From: Sarea resinae
Lineage: Eukaryota
Direction: 5' to 3'
NCBI GenBank assembly: GCA_026026165.1
Contig: JAPEUD010000031.1
Coordinates: 124,001 to 188,000 of the forward strand
Length of the DNA: 64,000 nt
Position numbers and translations under genes: made by a program. Below are positions 23,306 through 35,914 of this stretch, one piece after another (within the stretch, counting starts at the first letter, position 1; every line of letters begins with the position of its first letter). The notes under the pieces were generated by a model that saw only the letters and a program-made list of their open reading frames with translations, was not told the DNA's origin and searched no databases.

Positions 23306-25359
23306 TCAGGAGCCCTTTCCGACATCCTCCTTCAGACTCACAATCCGGTTCAACACAACTTTACCACCCTCACTATCCTTATCCATAGCAAAGTAGGCAA
23401 CACGCATGCCCTGGAATCGTACGGTCTCGAATCCAGCGTCCGCAGCCTTGACGTCTTTCTCGCCCTCCTTCTCTGGCCACGGCGCCCGTCGTCTGACCTC
23501 CTCAAAGCCCGTCTCGACCATGGCATTAGGGTAGATTTCCTCACTGTGGGGGTTGACATCGTTGAGAAAGCCTCCTTCGGCTGCGTCCGGGTTGTCGGAC
23601 TTGAACAGCCGATTGAAGACACGTACTTCAGCTTTGACAGGCGAGTTGTGCGCATTCGAAGCAGAGACCCATTGGATATACGTTTTGGGTTTCTTGAAAG
23701 CCTCGCCCTCGGCTGGTTTCTCGTACGTTGCATGAACCTCGGTGACAAGGCCTGTCGTGGGGTCCTTGGTGAAGGTCGTAGCTTTGATCGGGTATGGCAC
23801 CTTGAGCAGGCCGACAGCTTTGCCCGGCGCGAGGCGGAAGTAATCTTTACTATCTTCTTCGCGGAAATCACTGCGGTCAATGTACACAGTTTTCGTAAAT
23901 GGTACCTTGTGCACGCCGAGAGAGGGGTCCTTGGGGGAGAAGGGAAGTTCAAGCTCTTCGCAGAAGTCGTCAGGAAGGTTATCGATGATGACGGGGATGG
24001 GGTCGAGGACAAGCATTAGTCGTGGGACGGTCTGTTCAAGGTAGCGGCGGACGGCCTGGTCGAAACGGGCGATTTGTATATTGGTGAGAGCAGTAGAAAC
24101 GCCGAGTTCGTTGATAAAGGAGAGAATGGCACCGGGTGGAACGCCCCGGCGACGAAGGGCTACGAGGGTGTAGAGACGAGGGTCATCCCAAGCTCGAACA
24201 ATCTTGTCCTCGACGAGCTTGGCGATCTTGCGTTTAGAGAGCACGGTTCCCGTCACGTTGAGACGGCCGTACCTGGGAATATAGCATTAGCGTACTGCCG
24301 CGATGCAAGCAAGTAGGTCTTGTCCTTACTCTCTCTGCATTGGCTTATAAACCTCTAATTTGTCGCATAGCCATTCGTAGGACACGCGTGAGAGCTGGAA
24401 TTCGGTCGTACACAGCGAATGGGATATGTTCTCGAAACTATCGCATAAGCAGTGCGTGAAGTCGTAGGTGGGGTAGATTTTCCATTTGTTGCCCGTCCGG
24501 TGATGCTCTTTATCCAGTACGCGATATGCAGACAAATCCCACATTTGGGGATTGCCATCTTCCAAGTCCTGCTTCATTCGTAGAAAAGCCTCCTTTGGCT
24601 TGTATCTGCCATCTCTCATATTTCTAAATTCGGCGAGCGATTCTTCTATTGGGCGCGTTCGATGGGCGCAGGCATAGCGGGGGCCGCGCTCTTCACCTCC
24701 ACGCTGGAGTTTGACTTCCTTATCTACGGAAAGACTTAACGTGGATGCTTCAAGTTACGGGGTTCTTCCACTTTACCTGAACAATGGCAAACATATGCAC
24801 CATCTTTCTTGATCAGCTCTTCCGCGAGCGCATACAGCTTGTCAAAGTTATCGCTCGAGTGAGTGATGGCGACAGGCTTGAAACCCAGCCATTCCACCGT
24901 CTCTCTGATGGAGGTGAAATACTTCTCGTCCTCGGCCTCGGGGTTGGTATCATCGAATCTCAAGTAGCAGTCTCCGCCATGGTAGCGAGCAAAGCCAAAA
25001 TTGATTGCGATAGCCTTGCTGTGTCCAATGTGCAGATACCCGTTGGGCTCGGGGGGGAACCGGGTGACGACGCGCTCGGCCTGCTTCTCGTTGTATACGT
25101 TCTTTAAGAAGCCCTCTTTGAACATGGAATTGGGATCGACGGGCACTGGCGCTGCATTGGCCGCTGGATCCTTTTTCTCCTTTTTGGGAGCAGGTTTGGG
25201 TTGCTTCGGGGCCTTTGGTTCTTTGGGAGCTTTGGGCTGTTTCTTGGGCTTGTTTGCTGCGGGTGGTGCAGCTGCGGGCTCAGAGGTGGCAGACGTCGGA
25301 GGAGCTGCTGGAAGGTCCGGGTCCTTTGGACGCTCGGGAAGAGCTATGGTGTTATCCAT
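23306..25359 (-). CDS. GLN4: Glutaminyl-tRNA synthetase (3 exons)
   Basis: [17 protein letters not shown] (HIGH), [34 protein letters not shown]-terminal NRIVSLKED. Confidence 0.95.
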
Positions 25360-25829
25360 GGAAGCAGTTGTCCTGTTCTCTGTCAAGGAAGATGAATTGT
25401 AAGATGGTATATGACTGTCGCGTGCTGGTCCAGTGAGTGAGTCAACGGTCAATGAGATGAAATTATGTCCTCCAGCTGTGCTGCCCCGCCATGCGAAAAC
25501 GCGCGCGGTCACCGTACATAAAGACCTAAAACGCAATTCGGATCGGTCTGGAATACGGGGAACAGCACCGCCGAGCACGCAGGTTGAGATAATCAGATTA
25601 GGAGACTTGGACAGATATCATCGGTTTTGGACAGATCCTTGGGTCGGATCACATCACCACGACCACCGTCTTTGAACATTACGACTTCAACATCCCTCTC
25701 TCATCCTTTGTCCTTTTCATCTCCTCGCCTTCTCTCGGCATTCTTTCTTCTGATTCTCCTCTTGTCTTGATGTCCACGTTTCTTTCTTAATTTCTGTCTG
25801 ATCTTGGATCCTCGTTGGCTGTTCGCATC

Positions 25830-28800
25830 ATGTAGGTCTTGACGGTAATGCGTTCAGAAGCAATATCATGCTAACGAGAACTCTCAGGCCGCCTCTGGTG
25901 GATAATGCCCAGATCCAGTCGGCAAATCTACTAAATCCATTGCCCCTATATCTCCATACCTACATCTGGCCTTTCCTAGTAGCATGGCCTGCTTTCTTCG
26001 CCGTCTTCTTGTCTCCCGAACGCTATGAGAAACACCTCCAATCACGAGAATGGACCGTTGTCTGGTCAGGCACGATCATCACCCTCCAATCTCTGGCCTG
26101 GCTCATGACGCACTGGAGTGTCAACATCAAGGCTCTCTTCACGTCAACCACGTCAAGCGATGCGCTCAGTGCAAAGTTGATCAAGGTGGTTCCTGTCGCC
26201 AACGCCGGGTCTGCCGAGATCCAGCCGATCATCAGGGACTATGTAAGTGGCCTCTTACCATGAGTGATTCCCTTCTGTATCTGATGTTTGCAGGCTGGTG
26301 GAAAGGAAACTTTGTCCTTTCTCTTCCAAAAACGCCGCTTTCTATACGACCCTCAGAAGAATAGCTTTGCGCCACTATCGTACGCCCTTGACGCCGATCC
26401 AACGCCCCGTATCGAGACGTTTCAAAAATCACACGGTCTTACATCTGATGCCGAGATCCAGAAACTTCACGAGCATTATGGCGACAACACGTTTGATATT
26501 CCCGTGCCGACCTTCACCGAGCTTTTCAAAGAGCACGCCGTGGCACCATTCTTCGTTTTCCAAGTATTCTGCGTGGGTCTGTGGATGCTCGATGAATATT
26601 GGTACTACTCGCTCTTCACTCTTTTCATGCTGGTCGCGTTCGAGAGTACCGTGGTCTGGCAGAGACAGAGGACATTGAAAGAATTTCGTGGCATGAGCAT
26701 TCAACCGTACGATCTTTGGGTATATCGGCAAAATAAATGGACGGAGATTACAAGCGATAAGCTACTCCCGGGCGATTTGGTATCAGTTGGGCGTACCAAG
26801 GAGGACAGTGGTGTGGCATGCGACATGCTTTTGGTCGAGGGTACAGCGATTGTCAACGAAGCCATGCTGTCTGGAGAGAGCACTCCGCTTCTCAAAGAAT
26901 CAGTCCAGCTACGCCCGGGTGATGCGTGCATCGAGCCTGAAGGCTTGGATAAGAATTCTTTCTTGTATGGTGGGACCAAGGTACTGCAGGTCTCGCATAG
27001 CAGCGCCAGCCAAGATGCCCCAGAGACCGTCCCTACACTGGTCTCTGGCGTCAAACCTCCTCCCGACAAGGGTGCAATTGCCATTGTCGTCAAGACTGGC
27101 TTCGAGACGAGTCAAGGAAGCCTTGTCCGGACCATGATATACTCCACCGAGCGTGTTTCCGCAAACAACGCAGAAGCTCTCTTCTTCATCCTGTTCTTGT
27201 TGATCTTCGCCATTGCCGCTTCTTGGTACGTCTGGCAAGAAGGTGTGGCCAAGGATCGGAAGCGCTCGAAGCTTTTGCTCGATTGTGTTCTCATCATTAC
27301 AAGTGTCGTGCCTCCGGAGCTCCCTATGGAGCTTAGCCTTGCTGTCAATACTAGTCTTGCGGCATTGAGCAAATACGCCATCTTCTGTACCGAGCCTTTC
27401 CGAATTCCCTACGCGGGCAGAGTGGATGTCGCTTGCTTTGACAAGACTGGTACGCTGACTGGAGAGGATCTGGTTGTGGACGGCGTTGCGGGGTTGTCCC
27501 TGGGAAAGCTCGGCGCGAAGACCGAGAAAGATGGTGCTCACAATGAGATCACAAACGTTTCTGATCTGGACAAGGATTCTGCGCTTGTCCTCGCTTCCGC
27601 TCATGCTCTGGTCACCTTGGATGAAGGCGGTATTGTCGGAGACCCAATGGAGAAGGCTACCTTGAATGCTCTGGGTTGGGCTCTGGGTAAGGGTGACATC
27701 TTGAGCAATCTCCCTGTCGTACGATCAAAAGGCGATTCATACAAACTCGACACGTGCACGGTACAGATCAAGCGAAGATTCCAGTTTTCGTCGGCTCTCA
27801 AGCGACAGAGTTCTGTTGCAACTGTTGTAACAACAGATCGCAAGACACACAAGCACCACAAGTCCACATTTGTTGCCGTCAAGGGTGCTCCCGAGACCAT
27901 CAGGACGATGCTGGTCGATACCCCCCCGGACTATGAGGAAACGTTCAAACACTTCACCCGCAATGGCGCCAGAGTGCTAGGTCTTGCTTACAAGTATATG
28001 GCTACCGGATCCGAACTTGGCCAGCATCGCATCAATGACTTGAAGCGTGAGGAAGTGGAGTGCGACTTGATCTTTGCCGGGTTCCTTGTCCTGCAATGTC
28101 CTCTAAAGGATGATGCTAAAAAGGCGGTTCAGATGCTGAATGAGAGCAGTCACCGTGTAGTCATGATCACTGGTGATAATCCTCTTACTGCCGTTCACGT
28201 TGCCAGAGAAGTCGAGATTGTCGATCGAGAAGTTTTGATCTTGGACGCCCCTGAACACGATGATTCGGGAGAAAACCTCGTCTGGCGAAGCATCGACGAT
28301 AAAGTCAATATCCCTATCGATCCCAGCCAGCCCCTGGACCCAGAGATCCTGGCAACCAAAGATATCTGCATGACTGGTTACGCACTTTCGAAATTCAAAC
28401 ACGAGAAACAGCTTTCACAGCTGCTGCGTCATACCTGGGTTTATGCTCGGGTCTCGCCTAAACAGAAAGAAGACATTTTGACCGGATTGAAAGATGCTGG
28501 CTACACTACGCTCATGTGCGGTGACGGCACCAACGATGTTGGAGCTCTAAAGCAGGCGCATATCGGTGTGGCTCTGCTGAACGGTTCCCAGCAAGACTTG
28601 GATAAGATCGCCGAGCATTTCCGAAACACGAAGATGAAGGAAATCTACGAGAAGCAGGTGGCTATGATGAAGAGATTCAATCAACCAACCCCACCAGTAC
28701 CTGTCCAGATTGCTCATCTTTATCCACCCGGTCTCACCAATCCCCACTACGAAAAAGCCATGCTCGCGGAAGCTCAGAGGAAAGGTGCTGCTGGTGCTGT

Positions 28801-29999
28801 TGCCGCTTCATCCGATGCCAAGGAAAAATCAAAACCCCAGCAGCTTACGCAACATGCCAGCCCCGAACAGCAGCGTGATCAAAAGGCTCGACAGGCTGCT
28901 GCTGGTCTGGCGGATAAACTCACATCCTCAATGATGGAGCAAGAGCTCGACGAAAGCGAACCGCCAAAGCTCAAGCTCGGCGACGCATCTGTTGCTGCCC
29001 CATTCACGAGTAAGCTGGCAAACGTCATGGCTATCCCTCATATCATCCGACAAGGAAGATGCACTCTTGTAGCCACCGTCCAGATGTACAAAATTCTGGC
29101 ATTGAACTGCCTGATCAGTGCCTATAGTCTGAGTGTTCTCTATCTTGAGGGAATCAAGTTTGGTGATGGACAGGTTACCATCAGTGGAATGCTTATGAGC
29201 GTCTGTTTCTTATCCATCTCTCGAGCCAAGGTCAGTAAGAGATATCAGACGAATCCAAACCTTGCTAACATCATCAAAGCCCGTTGAGGAGCTTTCCAAG
29301 GAGCGCCCTCAACCGAAAATATTCAATCCATACATCATTGGTTCCATTCTTGGCCAATTTGCTGTTCACATCGTCACTCTAATCTACATCTCAAATTATG
29401 TGCAGCAAGTCGAACCGTAAGTATTAAAGCATACCCTATGATGCTATTTGCCGAACTAATCCTACTTTCTACACAGTCGCAAGGACGATGTGGATCTCGA
29501 AGGCGATTTCGAGCCGTCCCTCCTCAACAGCGCCATCTACCTCCTCCAACTAATCCAACAAGTTTCCACATTCGCCATCAACTATCAAGGCCGCCCCTTC
29601 CGTGAATCGATCTCGGAAAACAAAGGCATGTACTACGGTATTCTGCTCGTCACAGGCGTTGCCTTTTCGTGCGCCACTGAGTTCATCCCGGAGATCAACG
29701 ACAAAATGCGTCTCGTCAAATTCACCGACGCCTTCAAATTCACCATCACCGTGGTCATGATTCTGGACTTTGCGGGCTGCTACGTTATCGAGAAGGTGCT
29801 CAAGAACATGTTCAGTGATTTCAAGCCCAAGGACATCGCCTTGAGACGTCCGGATCAGCTCGAGAGGGAGGAGAAGAGGAAGGCAGAGGAGCGGGCTCAG
29901 GCAGAGCGGGAGAAGGAGGAGAAAGCTCGGGCCGAAGTGGAGAGGCTGGAGCAGGCTGCTGCGGTTGCGAATGGAAGTGCTGTCACTGTTGCCGCGTAG
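25830..29999 (+). CDS. SPF1: P5A-type ATPase Spf1/Cod1 (ER transmembrane-helix dislocase)
   Basis: PPELPMEL, FDKTGTLT phosphorylation motif, LSGES, KGAPE, MITGDN, MCGDGTNDVGALK, INYQGRPFRE. Introns at 25832-25887, ~26242-26293, ~29231-29279 and ~29417-29476. Confidence 0.95.
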
Positions 30000-30549
30000 T
30001 CTTGGGTCGGGATTGCGTGCGGTGGCTTGTCTGCTATAACGTGTTGTTGAATCGTGGATCACTTCCCTGTAGAATAGATCTCTCTCCCGTCCTGTAATCT
30101 CCAACTACAAAGTCCCTTGTCCCTCATGCATGCAGATTCATGTTCTTGTAGTCGAGAGGTCCAGCTTCGCTCCGTTCTCAGTAGGTCTGATATTGGGGTC
30201 CAGGAAACGATCCTCGGCGAAACAAGGAATGGGGAATCAGACGACTCTCAGGTAAGACGAGCCTAGTATAGAGCATAGCTGGCTTCGAAATATCTTAAAC
30301 AGCCTTCCTGAGCAAGCATCGAGCCACGGGCGTGTGGGGACTGAGCACAGATGAGTACACAAATATCAAAGCCTTTTCGCTCGATTTTCTGGTACAGCTG
30401 ATAATGATCGTGTATGTTTTTTATATCTTTACGTGCTTATAAACGCTTGTCTTGGCCTGTTTCTTTTCGTTTCGGTCTGTTTTTATCGTATTATAACAGA
30501 ATAAATCAAGATGGCTACAGTCTAAGACATTTTTCTTCAAATTCTCATA

Positions 30550-32823
30550 TAAAGAGACTAGATGGTGACTTATCTTGCGTAGAAAAACAAATTGCTAGAT
30601 ACAAGTCAGTCCTGAAGGCAAGAGGTAATTTAGGAGGCGCTAATAGCAATTTTCGTGCGAAAAGGCCGAGTAAGATTGTTCTAGTGGTAGTTATTATATC
30701 ATACTCTCTTGTTGTTTGAACCTAGGAGCAAGCATGACCGGGTGATTGCTTTGCTTTATCTGACTATAAATCCACTTCTTCTTCTTCTCTATCTTGTTAG
30801 CTAATCCTATGTATTCCGGTATAAGTGTGATGTCTTGCTCCTTGGCCTAGTCACTCCTGTTTTGATCCGGGTATTGTGTTTAGCTGGCTGATATCTTTAC
30901 CATATTTCTCTTCAATGGCTGGGCGAATGAGAATATTGCTGCTTGCTAATAGTTAACTAGATCACTTAGCTGTTCTGGTCGCTGCCTTCCTTGGGCTTGG
31001 GTTCGGGCTCGCCGGCCTTTGGCATCTAGTAGCTTTTCTGCTATTGCTGTAGCTGCTGCTTTGACTGCGACAGAAGGTCTCTTGGCTGCGCAGTCGACTG
31101 GTCCTGATAAGATGACTTAGACTTGGACTCGCGCCGTAGTGATCTGGGGGGCTCTGTCAGAGGCTGCCTATATAAAGCCCGCTGCTTGACCTTTCATTCT
31201 GAAATTAATGTTGACGAGGCCGCCTATAGACTAGACTAGACTCCTCGACTGAGATCTGACTTGAGGCGGTGCTGTCTGCCTCTGTGCAGCGGCCTTCTTC
31301 GGCCAGGATTTGGCTTCATATTCAGCCCTCTGCTGTAGATGGATTTCCTAGCAGTGCTGTTCTGCGTGGCTGACTTTGTTATAAGATCGCCTGCTTAGGC
31401 GGCATGACTCTCGCACTCGGGCTCTATAGTCGGCAGTGTATCGTCTAGTAGGGCTTGGAACTTGGTAGTAGTATTGAGATGTGTTGAGAGAATAGCATCT
31501 ACAGATATCTCTGGATGTCTTCCTTGTATTTAGCCACGGTGAATAGCTCTAGCAGTGCTATAAATCAAATAGAGGCGCAGAGAACAAATATACTGCTAGT
31601 ATTCTCTCTGTCGGTTTCGTTGTCATGATAGTTGAATGCCGCGAAACGTATCTAGGTGCTCATACCGCTCTAGTAATTGTATTTATTAGTGATGAATTGC
31701 CACAGTACTGCGAGCCTGTGTCGAACATCATAGTGTTGCTTCTGAGTTGCATTCTCGGGGTGGCCAAGTTCGGCATCACAGCCTGACAAGCTTGAAGTTC
31801 CTTTCAGGAGGGACGAAAGACTATCTTCGGAAGTAGCTCTTAGTGTAAAAGTAGCTCTCGATCTCGTAATGTATGGATCTTTGTCTGTCTAGTTCCGGTC
31901 TTTGACAGCTTTATAGAACTAAGCCTTTACCTATAGTACTGTAGAGCCTGGCATGTTCAGCTGGCTGATGTCTATCTCAGCGTGTGTTAGCTGAAAGCAC
32001 AATCTATATTCTTGTTTATCCTCCCCGGCATTTTCCATAGCTCCCTCGTCATCTAGTGAGTACTCTGCCATCAAGTTCATGAATTGCGGATTGGCCAAGT
32101 GTCCCGTGAATTCCCATCTGATTAGGGGTCCTCTCTTGTTTTCTGCCTCGAATTTGAACAATATAGCGGTCGAACTTTCTGATCGATTTCTCTGATGCCG
32201 TAGATTGTATCTCCCGTTGTAGGAATGTTGGCCGCTTACCCCTAGTCTCTTTAAATTTATATACTTTACTTGAACGACAGAGGTGAGCTTTAGCTCTCTT
32301 TCTAATATCTCGGCAGCCCACTCATTATTGTCGGGCCGTGCGGGAGAGAAGGCAACAATACTCGCACTCTGAAAGCAGGGCATAGTTGCGGCATAGGCTG
32401 TATTCCAAAGTGTTCCGCATCTTCTAAAGTAAACGTCTTTCTACCGATAGTCTGTATTGCCGCCTGATGACGTTCCAGATTGCGCTCCTTAATTCGGCTG
32501 TTCCACTCTTTCAGGTGCCCATTCATTCCTATCAGAAGTCTGGTGCAGTTCAAGTTGTCCTTATTCTCAAGAGAAATCGAGGTCTGAAGCATGTTAATGC
32601 CTTTTCCGTCTTCCGCGAGGTCTCGGATATGTTGGTCAAGGTGGAAGAATTTCGAATAGTCTCCTGGTTTTGAGAAGTGAGAGCAGCAGAAACTCGAAAA
32701 TTCCGAAAATTACTGTTAAGCATTTAATTAAAAAGAAACTCACGTTGGAGTCATAGTCCGGAGAGTGCGAGCGCTCCATCCTCGTAGGATTTGGCCTGGT
32801 GCGTATTCAAACTCGAATGACAT
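30550..32823 (-). pseudogene. Degenerate, RIP-like inactivated gene of unknown family (~750 codons)
   Basis: The frame of ORF 31931-32383 continues to ~30550 with protein-like composition but about 17 stops (TAG/TGA/TAA). It joins ORF 32302-32592 by one frameshift near 32385. Possible first exon from ATG 32823 with GTGAGT donor at 32743. Region is AT- and TpA-rich. Confidence 0.55.
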
Positions 32824-35800
32824 TGCGGCAGCTTTCGAAAAGGAGGAAATTTCCTAATGAATTAGTAGAGGAAGAGCTTAACTAGCTGGTTGATTGATTG
32901 ATTAGAGCGGAGCATCACGGTGAGATGAGATGTGGCGAGACGTCCTTTTTAGGAGAGGAAAGAAGGAGGAATAGGGAAAGAATTCTTTACGTAGGAGGCA
33001 GAAGGAATAATCAAAAGAATTGACGGTCTACCTAGACTGTTAATTCTCAGAGAGAAGCATCTCTGCTCGACCTTCTACAGAAGACTCTGTATTCATTGAA
33101 GTCTTTGTGCTGTTCCACATAAACCGAAAACTTTTTTGCATACCCTAGCAAATTGACTCTTATGCAATTCTCTTCAGAGTTCGTTCCTTATGATTTGCCA
33201 GGCCATCCCTGCAATGACCTATACACATCGGCCTTTGGACTTGTAATTAGTGTATACGCAGGAGATTAGTCATACCTATATGATTTTTAGGCACTGATGT
33301 TGATCAGTCGCTCAACAGTTGCTGGCTCTAACATCGTCCTCATGTAATAAGCATGATAGAACTAAATACGGGAATAGGCGTTAGGGTTAGGGTAATCGTT
33401 GTCGCGAAGCATGATCGCGCTCAGGGAGCTAATAACCTCGCAGTCGGTCATCTTTTTCTGAATTCCTGTGGCTGTTGTCTCATATATATATAAAGCAATT
33501 TCCTGGCGAGGTTGTGTTATGTCTTGAGCACTTTTACCCTGCCACAAGGTTCGATGTCCGTTCCGAACCAATCAAATGTGACGGTATTGACAGCCAGACA
33601 GGGAGGAGCTGAAGGGTGCTTTCTTGACTGCTTGTTGCGGATGATCACCAAATGTAATAGTCTGGGGGGTGGGTGGGATCGGACTCGGTCAGCGGTGGGG
33701 AAGGTGCCTGTGGGATTTCCTCTCCCAGGGTAAGTCTGTTTTGTTCGCCGTCAAAAGAAACGCTCCACTTTGTCAACGCGGCGGAGGACTTGGGACCGCT
33801 TGCTTGTGGCAGCGTCACACAATCAGGTGGGATGAACGCAACTATACGCGATTAGCAAATATAATATTCGTCCTCCGAGTATGCTTTGCCAGAATGTGAT
33901 TACTTACATCTCTAGAGAAGAATGGTAGTCCATTGGGCCGCTTGGCCAGCGCGTTGTATCTTGTAAGCGGATCCTACGTAAAGCCAGCTTTTTTGTCTGG
34001 TAATCCTCCCTACCACCTTGAAACTTCATACTAGGCTTTTATATTTGATGAAAGTAATGATTTCAAGTTGAGTTTAGATGAATTACCATCGTAGGTGGAT
34101 GTAGGTTGATGAAAGAAGGATGGAGTTCTGGTTTCGACAAGACAGCAAAGAGCCGACCAGCATGCATGGCGTTCTCTCCATGTATAAGGAAAGCGCAAGA
34201 AAAGGGCGCGAATGACAAGATCAGGCAAAAAAGTATGAAAGAAATAAGTTAACAACCATAGGTTCTATACCTGAACAGCAGGATCTCCTACCTCCTACCA
34301 GGATCACAGCATTTGCTTGTAGAAAGTCCGATACTGTCGGCACTCTTGCAGAGTAGGAGTTTTGTAACGGAGATACATCTAGCTCATATAGCTATTGGCT
34401 GATGCTTGTCCAAATTGCATGCGCTTTTTTTCTGATTTGGTTGGCCTTTAAATTCGACGTAGGTCTAAGATTTATAATCTAAGTCACTCATCACTTCATA
34501 AATCTTACCAACGATCTGAGATGGTAAGATCTCCGATTCCCTTCCGAGATGACTCTCTGTGTTACGTAGGAGCCAGGCATCTCGAGAGTTGAGGGGTTGA
34601 GGCACGTCAGACGGTGCCCTTTGGAACGGCATGATGATTGCTCTCTAGAAGAAGGTAAGCTTGTAGAGTATACAATCTTGTTATCTCGCGGATCGTTTGT
34701 AACGCATTGGAGCTGCTGTATGATGTTGGCTGGAATTGTGGTAGTAGTGAACTAATGATGGTGGATGGTCCTGGCCAGAGTGGTGGATGGATGCCACGCT
34801 TTCGGCGAGGCGACGGACTGAGTACTGCGCGTCCGCCTACTTCGCAATCGATCCCATCGTGACCACGGATAATGATCTTATCGTTTTGGTGATTATGGAT
34901 ACGTCCAACGCGACGATGCCATGTTCTGCTGAGAAGCAAGTCATAAACTGTTCCTCTGGTGACGAAGGCTCGGAGTGTCGTAAGTACCCCATCTACATTG
35001 ACTGGGATCCATACATAGGAAGGTTGTCAACGTAAGTCCTGACCGTCTTTCTCTTGCCTCTTCTATCTCTCTCGTCTTCCTCTTCGTCTTGTCTCTCAAA
35101 CTAACAAGACGCCATTGGAAAAGTCCTCAGCGTTCGCACCCTTCCATACATCCTCAAATACCCTCCTGATCAACCGTCACCATCGCCAGAACACCAGCGA
35201 TCAGCCAACAATACCTTAGCCAGCTAGCCGGCTAGGGGCAACACTCACCACTAACAAGGCCCACCAGACCTCCAGCTTCGTTAGCTTCGTCAGCTTCTCC
35301 TCTGTTCTAGCTTGGCATGCTCGTGGCGGAGCTGAAACCATCCACTCACCAGCCCGCTTTTCGGTAGGATTGGTACCGTCTGCCCTTCTTTGCTTCTTTA
35401 AGACAAGGCCAGACTAACAGACAGACAAAGGCAAGAAGACCAGAAGTCTAGATTCCTCGCTAGGAGAGACCAGGAGCCAAGGAATAGGGAAAGCAAAATA
35501 AGAGAAGATGAGTGAGAAAGGATGAAGAAAGACGGGTCATGGATGATAGAGTCCGGTCTTCTAGAAGGAGGGAGTGCGAGAATTAGCAGTTGATCAGGAG
35601 GTGAATGAGATGATGAAGGGTGGAATGGAGAATAGGACAAGGAAAACAGGTGAATGTAACTGGATGTAGGATTCGACCAATCTTTCAGCAAAAGAGGTGA
35701 ATGAATGAAAAAGAGACTCCATTCCTTTAAGGACTCCCACAGGCCAACAGCGAAGACACAGGAAACCTTAGCAAAACGGCATGCGGCTCCTTTATATATT

Positions 35801-35914
35801 CGGCGTGTAATAGCAATCAATATATCTTGGTATATCAATGAGATTGAAACCACAAAAAGCTTCCAAGACAAGTCCCTATCTACCTACCTGCTTACTTACC
35901 ATGATACCTAAAAG

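Noticed and set aside
30400..35900. Starship, LTR or DNA transposon call for the accessory block
   Set aside because: No tyrosine recombinase, RT, integrase or DDE motifs, and no TIR, LTR or target-site duplication found by eye.
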